Assembly (NCBI GenBank): GCA_050949085.1 | Contig: JBMNFB010000001.1 | Location: 712,567 to 776,566, forward strand | DNA length: 64,000 nt | Direction: 5' to 3' | Source: Bacillota bacterium | GTDB taxonomy: Bacteria; Bacillota; UBA994; UBA5500 | Shown: positions 40,413 through 49,887 of the stretch, piece by piece | Layout of the letters: each line of letters opens with the position of its first letter | How positions within the stretch are numbered: position 1 is the stretch's first letter | Translations under genes and position numbers: made by a program | Notes under the pieces: generated by a model | The model's input: only the letters and a program-made list of their open reading frames with translations | Database searches by the model: none | Told to the model about the DNA's origin: nothing

Positions 40413-41183
40413 CTAGGGCTTCAGGTACAGGTAGATGCACCAGCCCAGGTAGTCGCGCTCCCAGCGCAGATACAAGTCCTGATCCTTGCGGGACCTGGCG
40501 AGCAGATCTGGAACATCGGGATCGTCTGGCTGTTCCAGGGCATAGCGTTCTATCGCCTGCGTCTGCAGCCATACATAGCGGTCCCAATCCTCCAGGCTGC
40601 TGTCCACTGTGTAAAGCGGAATCAGACCGGTAGCCTTCGCCAGCTCCACGTTTCCACGGTGGGTGGCGAAAAGCTCCCTGGGGGTGTTGCTCGCCTCCAG
40701 ATACTCGGTCGGCGGCTCGGCTCGCCAGTATGGTTCGCCGGTGAGTACCAGCCCGCGCGGCTTAACCCAGGAAGCCAGGCGCGCCAGCGTACCAGCATAC
40801 CCGCCATAAATCCAGCTGGCGCCGAGGCAGATGGCCAAATCCAGCGGTTCAGCGGGCTGGTACTCCGCCCCATCCATATGCAGCAGCTCCAGCCGGGAGG
40901 CAGGGTTCTGCAGCTGGGCAACCCGCTTCCGGGCATCAGCAATCGAGTAGGGGGAAAGGTCTACCCCGCTCCCCTGAATGTTATAAGCCTCGGCAATCCG
41001 GGCCAACGGCTCGGCCTTGCCGCAGCCGATGTCCACCACGCTAGCTCCATCCGGCAGGCGCAGCAAGCGGATCACCTGGTCCAGCTTCTCCAGGCTGGAC
41101 GGGTTCATGATGTCATGATCGCGGTGCGAGATGCCATAGTACTTCCACTTGTCCACAGATATCGCCTCCATATTACTCTCCAT
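40413..41183 (-). CDS. Class I SAM-dependent methyltransferase
   Basis: VVDIGCGKAEP motif I and downstream Rossmann-fold motifs. Confidence 0.75.
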   Translation of the reverse strand: MESNMEAISVDKWKYYGISHRDHDIMNPSSLEKLDQVIRLLRLPDGASVVDIGCGKAEPLARIAEAYNIQGSGVDLSPYSIADARKRVAQLQNPASRLELLHMDGAEYQPAEPLDLAICLGASWIYGGYAGTLARLASWVKPRGLVLTGEPYWRAEPPTEYLEASNTPRELFATHRGNVELAKATGLIPLYTVDSSLEDWDRYVWLQTQAIERYALEQPDDPDVPDLLARSRKDQDLYLRWERDYLGWCIYLYLKP

Positions 41184-41465
41184 TTCATGTACAGCTGCTT
41201 GAGCAGTCTCGTTATTGCCTCTTGCTTCGCCGCCGTCCCCACGAGCCCAGGCACAATATCACTTCAACCCCTCTGAAGACGACCTGGCGACTACTGCCCT
41301 CATTAAGTGTACGGCAACCGAACGTCCCCCAGCCAGCCCCACTTCGATTACACTCGTTCTTTCTCTGCTCGCGCAAGAAAACTCCCAGTAGCGTTCGCGA
41401 AAGCGGGCCCAAGCAGGGGATTACGCATAACTCGCCAATACTATGCATGAATAGCAGCGAGGAGG

Positions 41466-42605
41466 GTGAATGACATGCTACAGAAAATGCAGAAGCAGGT
41501 TCCGGACATGCTGGCCGTGCTGAAACAACTGGTGGAATTGGAGTCGCCGAGCACCAATAAGGCGGCTGTAGACCAGCTGATCCAGTTTCTCGTGAACGAG
41601 GTGGAAAGACGCGGCGGTCGCCCTGAGGTGATTAAGCAGACCGAGACTGGGAATCACCTCAGGGCAGAATGGGGCAGCGGCGAGGACCAGGTCCTGATTC
41701 TCTGCCACATCGATACCGTCTGGGACGTGGGCGAGATCTTGCAGCGCCCCTTCCGCGTCGAGGGAGACAAGGCCTATGGGCCCGGTATTTACGATATGAA
41801 GGCGGGCACGGTGCAGACGCTGTTTGCCCTGGACGCCATCCGCGCAGCCGGCTGGGACCTGGATTGCCGGGTAGTCGTCATCTTCAACTCGGATGAGGAG
41901 ATCGGCAGCACCACGTCGCGCCCCCTGATCGAGGCAGAGGCGCGCCGGAGCCGGGCCGTATTCGTGCTGGAGCCTTCAGTGCCTCCGCAGGGTGCACTGA
42001 AGACCAGCCGCAAGGGCGTCGGCAGCTTCACTATGAAGGTCAGCGGCGTTGCAGCTCATGCTGGCAGTGCACCGCAGGACGGGGCCAGCGCCATTCAGGA
42101 GTTGGCCTTGCAGACGATCCGTCTGCATACGCTGACTGACTACGACAAGGGAACCACCGTGAACGTGGGAGTCGTGCGAGGAGGCTCACGCTCTAACGTG
42201 GTGGCCGATCATGCCGAGGCGGAGATCGATCTGCGCGTTGTCACCCAGGCTGAGGCCGAGCGAGTGGTACCGCAGATTCTCAACTCGACGGCGCATACCC
42301 CTGGCACTAAAGTTGAAGTCAGCGGCGGCATGAATCGCCCGCCGATGGAGCGCACCCCGCAGATAGTAGAACTCTATCGCCTGGCGGAGCGGCTGGCGGG
42401 AGAACTGGGCATCGCGATCAGTGAGGGGAGTACCGGCGGCGGGAGTGATGGCAATTTCACGGCAGCTCTGGGCATCCCCACCCTGGACGGGCTTGGCGCA
42501 GTAGGCGACGGCGCGCATGCTGTACACGAACATCTCTCTATCAGCAAGCTGCCGGAGCGCACGGCGCTGCTGGCTCGCCTGCTGCAGGAAGTAGGCAGGG
42601 CCTGA
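41466..42605 (+). CDS. M20-family peptidase (glutamate carboxypeptidase / CPG2-like)
   Basis: HIDTV, GIYDMKAG, NSDEEIGS metal-ligand motifs. Confidence 0.85.
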   Translation: MNDMLQKMQKQVPDMLAVLKQLVELESPSTNKAAVDQLIQFLVNEVERRGGRPEVIKQTETGNHLRAEWGSGEDQVLILCHIDTVWDVGEILQRPFRVEGDKAYGPGIYDMKAGTVQTLFALDAIRAAGWDLDCRVVVIFNSDEEIGSTTSRPLIEAEARRSRAVFVLEPSVPPQGALKTSRKGVGSFTMKVSGVAAHAGSAPQDGASAIQELALQTIRLHTLTDYDKGTTVNVGVVRGGSRSNVVADHAEAEIDLRVVTQAEAERVVPQILNSTAHTPGTKVEVSGGMNRPPMERTPQIVELYRLAERLAGELGIAISEGSTGGGSDGNFTAALGIPTLDGLGAVGDGAHAVHEHLSISKLPERTALLARLLQEVGRA

Positions 42606-42631
42606 CCTGGGCACCCTGGGATGGATAGTCA

Positions 42632-42661
42632 GAGGCGAGAGGGGGGCTTCCCTCTCGCCTC
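42632..42661 (+). terminator. Rho-independent terminator
   Basis: GAGGCGAGAGGGG-GGCT-TCCCTCTCGCCTC then TTATCTTG. Confidence 0.5.
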
Positions 42662-42679
42662 TTATCTTGCGCGTTGCGG

Positions 42680-44266
42680 TCATTTCATTATGGTAACCTT
42701 GCTGGCGTTGCCCTGATATGGATACGACTCCATCACCGGGCCAGACAGCTCGGCCTCCACCACCTGACCGACGGCCAGATCGGCAGCCGTAGCCGCTTCC
42801 CCGGACTGCCAGCTAATCGCCGTTTCCACGTCGATAGCCAGCCAGATGGGCATTGGGTAGCCGGCGGCATCGATGCCGTCAACCAGAATCCGCACCCGCC
42901 CCTCGGTGGTGATATCATTGATGCTGCCAGCGACAGTACCGAAGGCTGACTCGGAGACGATGACGATCCGCTCTGCACCTCCCTGAGCCGGATAAGACAT
43001 CAACAGCGGGCCAGGCACATAGGCGCTGACCACCTGTCCCACGGTCAGATCGGCGAACTGAGCCGCCTCACCGTTGGCCTGTTGTATCTCCGTGTCTTCG
43101 CCGATGGTCAGCCAGGCCAGGAAGGGCTCGCCACTGGACATCGGGCCGCCCTCGAGCAAGAACCGCCGATACTCACCATCGTCAATCTCCTTGATGCTCC
43201 CGACAACTGTCTGGCCGTTCTCCTCCGGCAGCTCAACCTCGAGCAGTTCCTTCCAAGCGGCTGGGGACAAGATATCCAGCACATCGTCCGCCGCAGGCCG
43301 GGCCATGAATCCGAGGATGGTGGATAGCGCATCGGCCGAGACGAAAGCGACTCCGTCAATGAGCTCCGTGGGATGCGCCAAGGGAAGCATGTTGCGCCGG
43401 AAGTAGCAGATTCCGTCTTCGTTGAGTTCAGCCTCGTTTTCGTCGATCACAAACTGAGCGGTGCGTCCAGGCATGGCAACCACGACCGTCCTGCTTTCGG
43501 CCAGCCACTCGACTTTGCCACCCCTGACTGCTTCCACCGTCGCCCGCAGTGGTAGCATCAGGATGTCATTGCGCAGCAGTGGCATGCGGCGAAACTCGAC
43601 AGCATTGTCGTCCACCAGCACACGCTGGGGCAGGCTGCGCCTGGCTTCCACCAATCGCAGTTCCAACAGGAGATCCTCTTCTACGAGGGGCAGATCCGAC
43701 GCATTGCCCAGCTCAACCAGCGACTCAACGGCAAACGCCTTGGTCATATAGATGGAGATTTCCTCGATGATAGTTCCAGTCACCAGCACCTGCCGCCCCA
43801 CCAGCTCCTTCAGTTGGTCAGGATCTACCTTGTCTCCGGTCAGGCGGTAGCCCTTGATCGCGTAGAATCCGCCCTCCAGTTCCTCATAGACCAGTTCGCC
43901 GCTGAAGCGCACCAGTGACCCAGGCGCGACACGTTCGATGTGTTCCACCTCGATGGCGGGAACCATGTAGAATGAGGGCTCAGTCGACAAAGCCCCCCTT
44001 ACTGTCACAAGGTGGCCATGCAGGCTTTTCAGCAGATCAGGGTCGGCGATCAACCGATACCCCTCAACGGCATAGAAGCCGCCCTCTAAATCCTCCCATT
44101 CCACTACACCGATGAACGATCTCGATCTTACCGCCTCATCGCTCAGTTCAGGCCGCACCGCGATTCCCCCATGATCCGCGGGTAAGCTACGAGCGCTGGC
44201 CGGCAGCGGCAAAAGCAACATCACGCAGATCGTCAGGACGGAGCCTAACCTTCTCCAATTCGGCAC
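42680..44266 (-). CDS. Secreted repeat protein with copper-amine-oxidase-N-terminal-like domain
   Basis: Signal peptide; two EGGFYA(V/I)(E/K)GYRL repeats; Cu_amine_oxidN1-like central segment; two C-terminal (F/A)ADL(T/A)VGQVV repeats. Confidence 0.55.
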   Translation of the reverse strand: MPNWRRLGSVLTICVMLLLPLPASARSLPADHGGIAVRPELSDEAVRSRSFIGVVEWEDLEGGFYAVEGYRLIADPDLLKSLHGHLVTVRGALSTEPSFYMVPAIEVEHIERVAPGSLVRFSGELVYEELEGGFYAIKGYRLTGDKVDPDQLKELVGRQVLVTGTIIEEISIYMTKAFAVESLVELGNASDLPLVEEDLLLELRLVEARRSLPQRVLVDDNAVEFRRMPLLRNDILMLPLRATVEAVRGGKVEWLAESRTVVVAMPGRTAQFVIDENEAELNEDGICYFRRNMLPLAHPTELIDGVAFVSADALSTILGFMARPAADDVLDILSPAAWKELLEVELPEENGQTVVGSIKEIDDGEYRRFLLEGGPMSSGEPFLAWLTIGEDTEIQQANGEAAQFADLTVGQVVSAYVPGPLLMSYPAQGGAERIVIVSESAFGTVAGSINDITTEGRVRILVDGIDAAGYPMPIWLAIDVETAISWQSGEAATAADLAVGQVVEAELSGPVMESYPYQGNASKVTIMK

Positions 44267-44557
44267 TTCTTCACTTCCTTTCCTAGATATGATGCTGGAT
44301 CACGGCGACGCCAGCTGCCGCGACCCCTGCTACCCTGGCCAGGAAGTAGCGTATTCGTCCCATTAGACGGAGGAGTGAGGCTTCAGGTTCCGCAATTGTT
44401 TCCTTCGCACGGCTGTGCCGTACATCTGTAGATAGAAGAACTGAACGAGGTCCATGTCCTGGGATAGGGGTAAGGCGTGCGGCGTGTTACGCGTAACATC
44501 TCAGGTATGGTATGCTGAAAATAACTACTGGTAGTCCAATGGGAGGGGAATTGATAA

Positions 44558-44962
44558 ATGTTCAGAAGGCGGAGTCATAACCCAGTGTTGACACTGCTTA
44601 GCCTGGCGATCCTCGGCTGCATACTGCTTTGGACAGCCATAGCTGGGAAGTATGAATACCTGCTGGACGATACAGGGGTGACCATCACGCGTGGCCGCGG
44701 CATTACCATCGCCTACGATGAGATCACCGATCTGCAATACTTCGAGCAGCTGCCGAAACTGTCTATGCGGGTGGGCGAATCCATCGGCAACAAGCGCAAC
44801 GGAACATTTACCGTGGCCGGGGTCGGCCGCGGCAAGGTCTATGCGCAGGATATCACACGGTCGGCGCTGATCATCTTTACGGAGGACACGTTCTACGCCA
44901 TTACGCCTGAGAATGCGCAAGAGTTCATGGCGCAGATTCAGGAGCATTTACCTGACAAGTGA
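44558..44962 (+). CDS. Small membrane-anchored protein, bacterial PH-domain-like (hypothetical)
   Basis: N-terminal TM helix then about 100-aa soluble domain. Confidence 0.4.
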   Translation: MFRRRSHNPVLTLLSLAILGCILLWTAIAGKYEYLLDDTGVTITRGRGITIAYDEITDLQYFEQLPKLSMRVGESIGNKRNGTFTVAGVGRGKVYAQDITRSALIIFTEDTFYAITPENAQEFMAQIQEHLPDK

Positions 44963-45070
44963 TGGGCGTGACAGGCGCATGAACCGGATAACAAAGGGCC
45001 CGTGCACACTGTTTCTAGCTAAACGAGGTGCAGCGGGCCCCATCTCCTGTATCGATTGACAGTCTACATT

Positions 45071-45445
45071 TCAGTTGCTGACATCAACGCCATCAGCCCA
45101 GTCTGACTTTTTCCGGGGCAGGAAGATGTGCGCTTTCGCCGCATGTTCTTCGTCCAGCGGAATGCTCATATAGAAGAAAGTGTGCTCTTCAGACTCAATA
45201 CAGCCCATATTGGGCTTTCCCTCCTTAATGCTCCTCTGCACCGGGCAGTTGGCGTGAACCTCGCCAAAGCCGGCCGCCTGGAAACAGGGTACGCCGGTGC
45301 TCTCCCCTCCCTGATTGAACTCATCGGCAAACCTCTGATTGTGCCAGACAACCTCGAACTGGCGGTTGACGATCATCACCGAGAGGAACGGCGAATTGAC
45401 CAGTTCCTTCCCCAGCTTCTCCTGCAAGGCTTCAAGACTAACCAT
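45071..45445 (-). CDS. Hypothetical protein (124 aa)
   Basis: ORF of coding-like composition with no recognised motif. Confidence 0.35.
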   Translation of the reverse strand: MVSLEALQEKLGKELVNSPFLSVMIVNRQFEVVWHNQRFADEFNQGGESTGVPCFQAAGFGEVHANCPVQRSIKEGKPNMGCIESEEHTFFYMSIPLDEEHAAKAHIFLPRKKSDWADGVDVSN

Positions 45446-45652
45446 CTGTGCACTCCCTCCGAAAAGATTATCACTGCATCGTTCTATTTAAGGGGAAGCA
45501 TTATCTCCTAACATGACGGAATAAACAAACTAACCCTACGGAAACCGAATTGTCACCTTAACAGAAGACACCCCGCGGGTGGAAAATTTGAGTATTCTCT
45601 GCCAAAACGACCGCAGATATGCTATGCTTTTCTATAAGAAAGGGGGATTCAG

Positions 45653-47026
45653 ATGATTATCCGCAATTTAGGTCAGTACGCGCCGGTCCTCACTCACTAC
45701 ACAGAATTGCGTTCGCAGGAGAACCGGGTGCAGAGCATCTTTTACCTGAAAGGTAATCTGGTGCAGAACACCCGGACGACGAATGCTGGCATCAGTGCGC
45801 GCGTCTATCGCGACGGCTGTTTCGGGTTTGCATCCAGCCCAGATCAGAGCGACGTCAGGTCGGTGATCGCTGCGGCAACCGAGAACGCCCTGTTCCTCGC
45901 TGCCAGGGAGCGGAAGGATGCCGCGCCCTTTGCCCCTGAACGTCCGGTGATAGAAGTCAGCTTTGGCACCAGCAAGCCGCGGCTTACCCATCAGCAAGTG
46001 ATGGAATTCGTCCGGGAAGTGGATGCCTACATAGCCAGCAAGTATCCCGACCTCTCCAGCCGCAGGGTGGGCGTCAACTGTCTGGACATGGAGAAGACGC
46101 TGATCACCTCCGACGGAGCATCGCTCTATTCGCTGCTGCCACGCTCCATCCTCAGCTTTGCGCTGGCACTGGACGCAGGCGATGGCCCCGTCGAAGTCTC
46201 CGAGAACGCAGGAGGGCTGGGGCATTTTGAAGACCACTTTACGGCGCCCGCAGATCTCTATCCTGCCATCGACCGCCTGTATGAACACCTGCGCAAGAAA
46301 AGCGAGGGAGTCTATGCTGAGGCCGGTCTGAAGGAATGCATCCTCGATGCCGCCCTGGCCGGAATTCTTGCCCACGAGGCCCTCGGCCACACGACCGAAG
46401 CAGACCTGGTGCTGGGTGGCTCAGTAGCTGCCAAATACCTCAATAAGCCCTGCGCCAGCCCATTAATCACCCTGGTGGATCTGGCTCACACCTACGACGG
46501 TAAGAATCTGCCGATGCCGATCTATGTTGACGACGAAGGCACCTACGCCAAGGATGTCTACATCATCGATCAGGGCGTGCTCAAGGGTTACATGCACAGC
46601 AAGCAGAGCGCCGTCGAGTTTGGCGTCGCTCCCACCGGCAACGGCCGTGCCTATCAGTATCATGACGAGCCGCTGATCAGAATGCGCAACACCGCCATCC
46701 TGCCCGGCGAAAGCAAGCTAGAGGATATGATTGCTTCCATCGAGGATGGCTATTATCTGATGAAACCCAGCAACGGTCAGGCTGACACCACCAGCGAGTT
46801 TATGTTCGGCGTCGTCCTGGGCTACGAGATCAAGAATGGTCAGCTGGGACGTGCCATCAGAGACACCACCATTTCCGGTGTGGCCTTTGACGTGCTGCAG
46901 AGCGTGACCATGGTCTCTGACGAGATGAAGTGGTCATGTGCCGGGATGTGCGGCAAGAAGCAGGCGATCCCCGTAGGTATGGGCGGTCCGGCCATCAAGT
47001 GCAAGATCAACATAGGGGGTAGGTAA
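45653..47026 (+). CDS. tldD: TldD-family metalloprotease
   Basis: HEALGH zinc-binding motif; C-terminal GxC...GMGG region. Confidence 0.85.
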   Translation: MIIRNLGQYAPVLTHYTELRSQENRVQSIFYLKGNLVQNTRTTNAGISARVYRDGCFGFASSPDQSDVRSVIAAATENALFLAARERKDAAPFAPERPVIEVSFGTSKPRLTHQQVMEFVREVDAYIASKYPDLSSRRVGVNCLDMEKTLITSDGASLYSLLPRSILSFALALDAGDGPVEVSENAGGLGHFEDHFTAPADLYPAIDRLYEHLRKKSEGVYAEAGLKECILDAALAGILAHEALGHTTEADLVLGGSVAAKYLNKPCASPLITLVDLAHTYDGKNLPMPIYVDDEGTYAKDVYIIDQGVLKGYMHSKQSAVEFGVAPTGNGRAYQYHDEPLIRMRNTAILPGESKLEDMIASIEDGYYLMKPSNGQADTTSEFMFGVVLGYEIKNGQLGRAIRDTTISGVAFDVLQSVTMVSDEMKWSCAGMCGKKQAIPVGMGGPAIKCKINIGGR

Positions 47027-47027
47027 G

Positions 47028-48317
47028 ATGAACGATACCCTGAAATACTGCGTTGAGGCGTTGCAGAAGGCAGACGTTGATAAGTTCAAGTGCATAATGA
47101 CCCAAAGCAACAAGCACGAGATGAATCTGCAGGGCACCGATTTCAGTCTGATCCGCACCACGGCCAACAACTCGCTGCAGATCACGGTGATTAAGGATGA
47201 CCGGCGCGGGGTTATCAGCCTGAACCATCTGGAGCCGACAGCCATTGACGAGGCCATTCAGACAGTGGTGGAAATGGCCAAGACGTCAAACCCGGATCCG
47301 GACTATGACATCTCCCCCGCCCAGGAGCCGCAGCGCTTTCAGACTGGGCCAGAGGAAGCTGACACCGAGCGGATGTATCAGCTGCTGAAGGAATACAGTC
47401 AGCAGGTGCCGCAGCTCTTCCCCCAGATCAAGCTGATGGAGACGACCTTCGAGTTTACGAGGAGTGTCGAGCAGCTGATCAACTCCAACGGGGTTGACTT
47501 CGTGACCACGCAGGGCGTCTATACCCTCTCCTCCTCCTTCGCCTCGCAAGACGGCGAAAAGACGTCCTCGTTCAACTACACCGGGTTCGCCCTGCGAGAC
47601 CTGGAGCGCAACCTGCTGGATTGCGCCTCGCTGAAGCTGCTGCTGCAACAATCGGTGGAGCACCTGGATGCCAGGCCGTTATCAGGGAAATTTGTCGGCG
47701 ACGTGATCATCACCCCCGAGTGCCTGGGTGATATCATCTACTACTATGTGGCCACCTATCTTAGTGACAGCGCCCTGATCGCCGATACCAGCCTGCTAAA
47801 GGATAAACTGGGCGAAAAAGTGGCCAGCGAGAAGCTGACGCTCTCCAGCCAGCCGGTTTCCCCCGAGATGGCGATGGGCTACTTTGTGACTCGGGACGGC
47901 TTCCCTGCCGAGAACGTCACTGTCATCGACCAGGGCGTGTTGAAGAGCTTCCTGCTCAGCCTCTATGGTGCCAACAAGACCAAGCGGGAGCGGGCCAAGA
48001 ACTCGGGCGGCTGCTGGGTGATCGAACCTGGTGACAAGTCGCTGGAAGAGATGATTCAGAGCGTTCAGCGCGGCGTGCTGGTGGCGCGCTACTCCGGCGG
48101 CAACCCCAGCGCAAATGGCGACTTCTCCGGCGTGGCCAAGAACAGCTACTACGTCGAGAACGGCAAGATCATGTATCCCATCACCGAGACGATGATCTCC
48201 GGCAATCTCCTCGACATCTTCAAGAACATCCAGAACATCTCCGCCGAGCGGGTAGATTCCGGCTACGGCCAGCTTCCCTACCTCCATACCAGCGGCGTAA
48301 CCATCTCCGGGAAGTAG
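47028..48317 (+). CDS. TldE/PmbA-family protein (partner of TldD)
   Basis: PmbA_TldD fold without HExxxH; 1-nt gap from the TldD gene. Confidence 0.8.
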   Translation: MNDTLKYCVEALQKADVDKFKCIMTQSNKHEMNLQGTDFSLIRTTANNSLQITVIKDDRRGVISLNHLEPTAIDEAIQTVVEMAKTSNPDPDYDISPAQEPQRFQTGPEEADTERMYQLLKEYSQQVPQLFPQIKLMETTFEFTRSVEQLINSNGVDFVTTQGVYTLSSSFASQDGEKTSSFNYTGFALRDLERNLLDCASLKLLLQQSVEHLDARPLSGKFVGDVIITPECLGDIIYYYVATYLSDSALIADTSLLKDKLGEKVASEKLTLSSQPVSPEMAMGYFVTRDGFPAENVTVIDQGVLKSFLLSLYGANKTKRERAKNSGGCWVIEPGDKSLEEMIQSVQRGVLVARYSGGNPSANGDFSGVAKNSYYVENGKIMYPITETMISGNLLDIFKNIQNISAERVDSGYGQLPYLHTSGVTISGK

Positions 48318-48346
48318 GAGTTGCAGAACAGAGGCAAATAGAACGC

Positions 48347-48383
48347 AAAGATCCGGGCGGCGGTTGATGGCGCCCGGATCTTT
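48347..48383. terminator. Bidirectional terminator between TldE and zupT
   Basis: AAAGATCCGGGCG...CGCCCGGATCTTT hairpin. Confidence 0.5.
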
Positions 48384-48393
48384 CTATATGCAG

Positions 48394-49218
48394 TTACATG
48401 AACAGCACCAGGCTGACAGCCATCACCGCCATGCCCAGCACAACGCCGTAGATGGCCAGGTGTTCCTCGGCGTAGGCACGGGCCGTGGGCAGCAGTTCAT
48501 CCAGCGAGATGAAGACCATGATTCCCGCTACAAAGGCAAACAGCAGGCCCATCAGAGTATCGGTAAGAAACGGAGCCAGAACCAGATATCCCACAAGGGC
48601 ACCCAGCGGTTCTGTCAGGCCGGAGAGCAACGCATGGAGAAAGCCCTTGACCTTGCTGCCGGTCGCATAGGTGAGGGGCACCGCCACCGCGATCCCTTCC
48701 GGTATGTTGTGAATAGCCACCGCAGCGGCGATGGCGATACCGCTCTGAGGATTCTGCAGCGCAGCCGAAAATGTGGCCAGGCCTTCCGGAAAGTTATGAA
48801 TGGCGATCGCCAGCGCTGCCATCAGCCCCGAGCGCCGCAGTGCGCTGGCATTTTCCCGCTCCTCGCATTCAAAGTCGCGCGGCAGGCAGGGCTCGTGGGG
48901 ATTCTTGTCCTCCGGAATCAGGTGATCGATGAGGGCGAAGGCCAGCATCCCGGCGAAAAAGCCCAGGATTGCCAGCCAGGACCCGGTCACGTCACCCCGA
49001 GCAGCCATGAGGATCTTCCGCCCCTCAGGCAGGATATCCATGAACGAAACATAGATCATTACGCCGGCGGAAAACCCCAACGCCAGCGACAACAGACGCG
49101 TGTTGACCTTCCGGGTGAGTAGAGCAATAACACCGCCGATGCCAGTGGAAAGGCCGGCAAACAGGCTGAGGCCGAAGGCCAGCCAGACGTTGCTGTCCCA
49201 CACGTTTCCTTCCCCCAT
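48394..49218 (-). CDS. zupT: ZIP-family zinc transporter
   Basis: HNFPEG / HNIPEG ZIP signatures, eight TM helices. Confidence 0.85.
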   Translation of the reverse strand: MGEGNVWDSNVWLAFGLSLFAGLSTGIGGVIALLTRKVNTRLLSLALGFSAGVMIYVSFMDILPEGRKILMAARGDVTGSWLAILGFFAGMLAFALIDHLIPEDKNPHEPCLPRDFECEERENASALRRSGLMAALAIAIHNFPEGLATFSAALQNPQSGIAIAAAVAIHNIPEGIAVAVPLTYATGSKVKGFLHALLSGLTEPLGALVGYLVLAPFLTDTLMGLLFAFVAGIMVFISLDELLPTARAYAEEHLAIYGVVLGMAVMAVSLVLFM

Positions 49219-49482
49219 TCACTTCCCTGATGTGCACACCCGCCTCGAAGGCGGGCTACGCTAGCTTAGTTACCGGTATTATAGCGCAAACACCACTCGT
49301 AAGCATACTACTAAGAGAAACTATTCCTGTTAACAGTATCGGGTAAATGGGCGCCTCGTGCCGAGATGCAGGTGGTAACCTGCGGGGTCGCAGTTCATTT
49401 TCAGGCTGGGTGAAGGAAGGGCGACCCCTCCGGAGAAGTGTTAGGTCGATGCTAAACGAACAACGGTGGTGAGGTACTCATA

Positions 49483-49884
49483 ATGAAAATGAGGCTGCTG
49501 GACATCCAGCCGAGCCAGCTCTACATCTCTGAGGCCAAGCTGAGGGATGTTGAGAGTTGGCTCAACCGCGACACTGCATCCAGCTATGCCGCCCTGCAGG
49601 TCAAGCAACTGAATGGCCGGGTGATTCTAACTGACGGACATACACGCGCCCTGACGCTGCACAGGCTTGGCTTTGAAACAGTCCGGGTTGAGTGGGATAC
49701 CGATGATCTGGATTGGGAGGCCTACCAGATTTGTGTGGATTGGTGCGTCAGTGAGGGTATCTCGAATGTCACGCATCTCGCCAACCGGATCATCAGCGCC
49801 GAAGACTACGAACGGCTTTGGCACGACCGCTGTCGTCAGATGCAGGCAGAACTGAAGGAGAAAAGACAAAGGGAGGGGCAGTGA
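49483..49884 (+). CDS. ParB/sulfiredoxin-like domain protein (133 aa)
   Basis: LTDGHTR motif resembling the ParB-N DGHHR; 4 nt from the downstream gene. Confidence 0.45.
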   Translation: MKMRLLDIQPSQLYISEAKLRDVESWLNRDTASSYAALQVKQLNGRVILTDGHTRALTLHRLGFETVRVEWDTDDLDWEAYQICVDWCVSEGISNVTHLANRIISAEDYERLWHDRCRQMQAELKEKRQREGQ

Positions 49885-49887
49885 CGA

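Noticed and set aside
45071-48317. TldD/TldE pair plus upstream 124-aa Cys-containing ORF as a RiPP or microcin maturation locus
   Set aside because: No precursor-peptide-like short ORF, cyclodehydratase, or export/immunity genes are adjacent. TldD/E pairs commonly occur alone.
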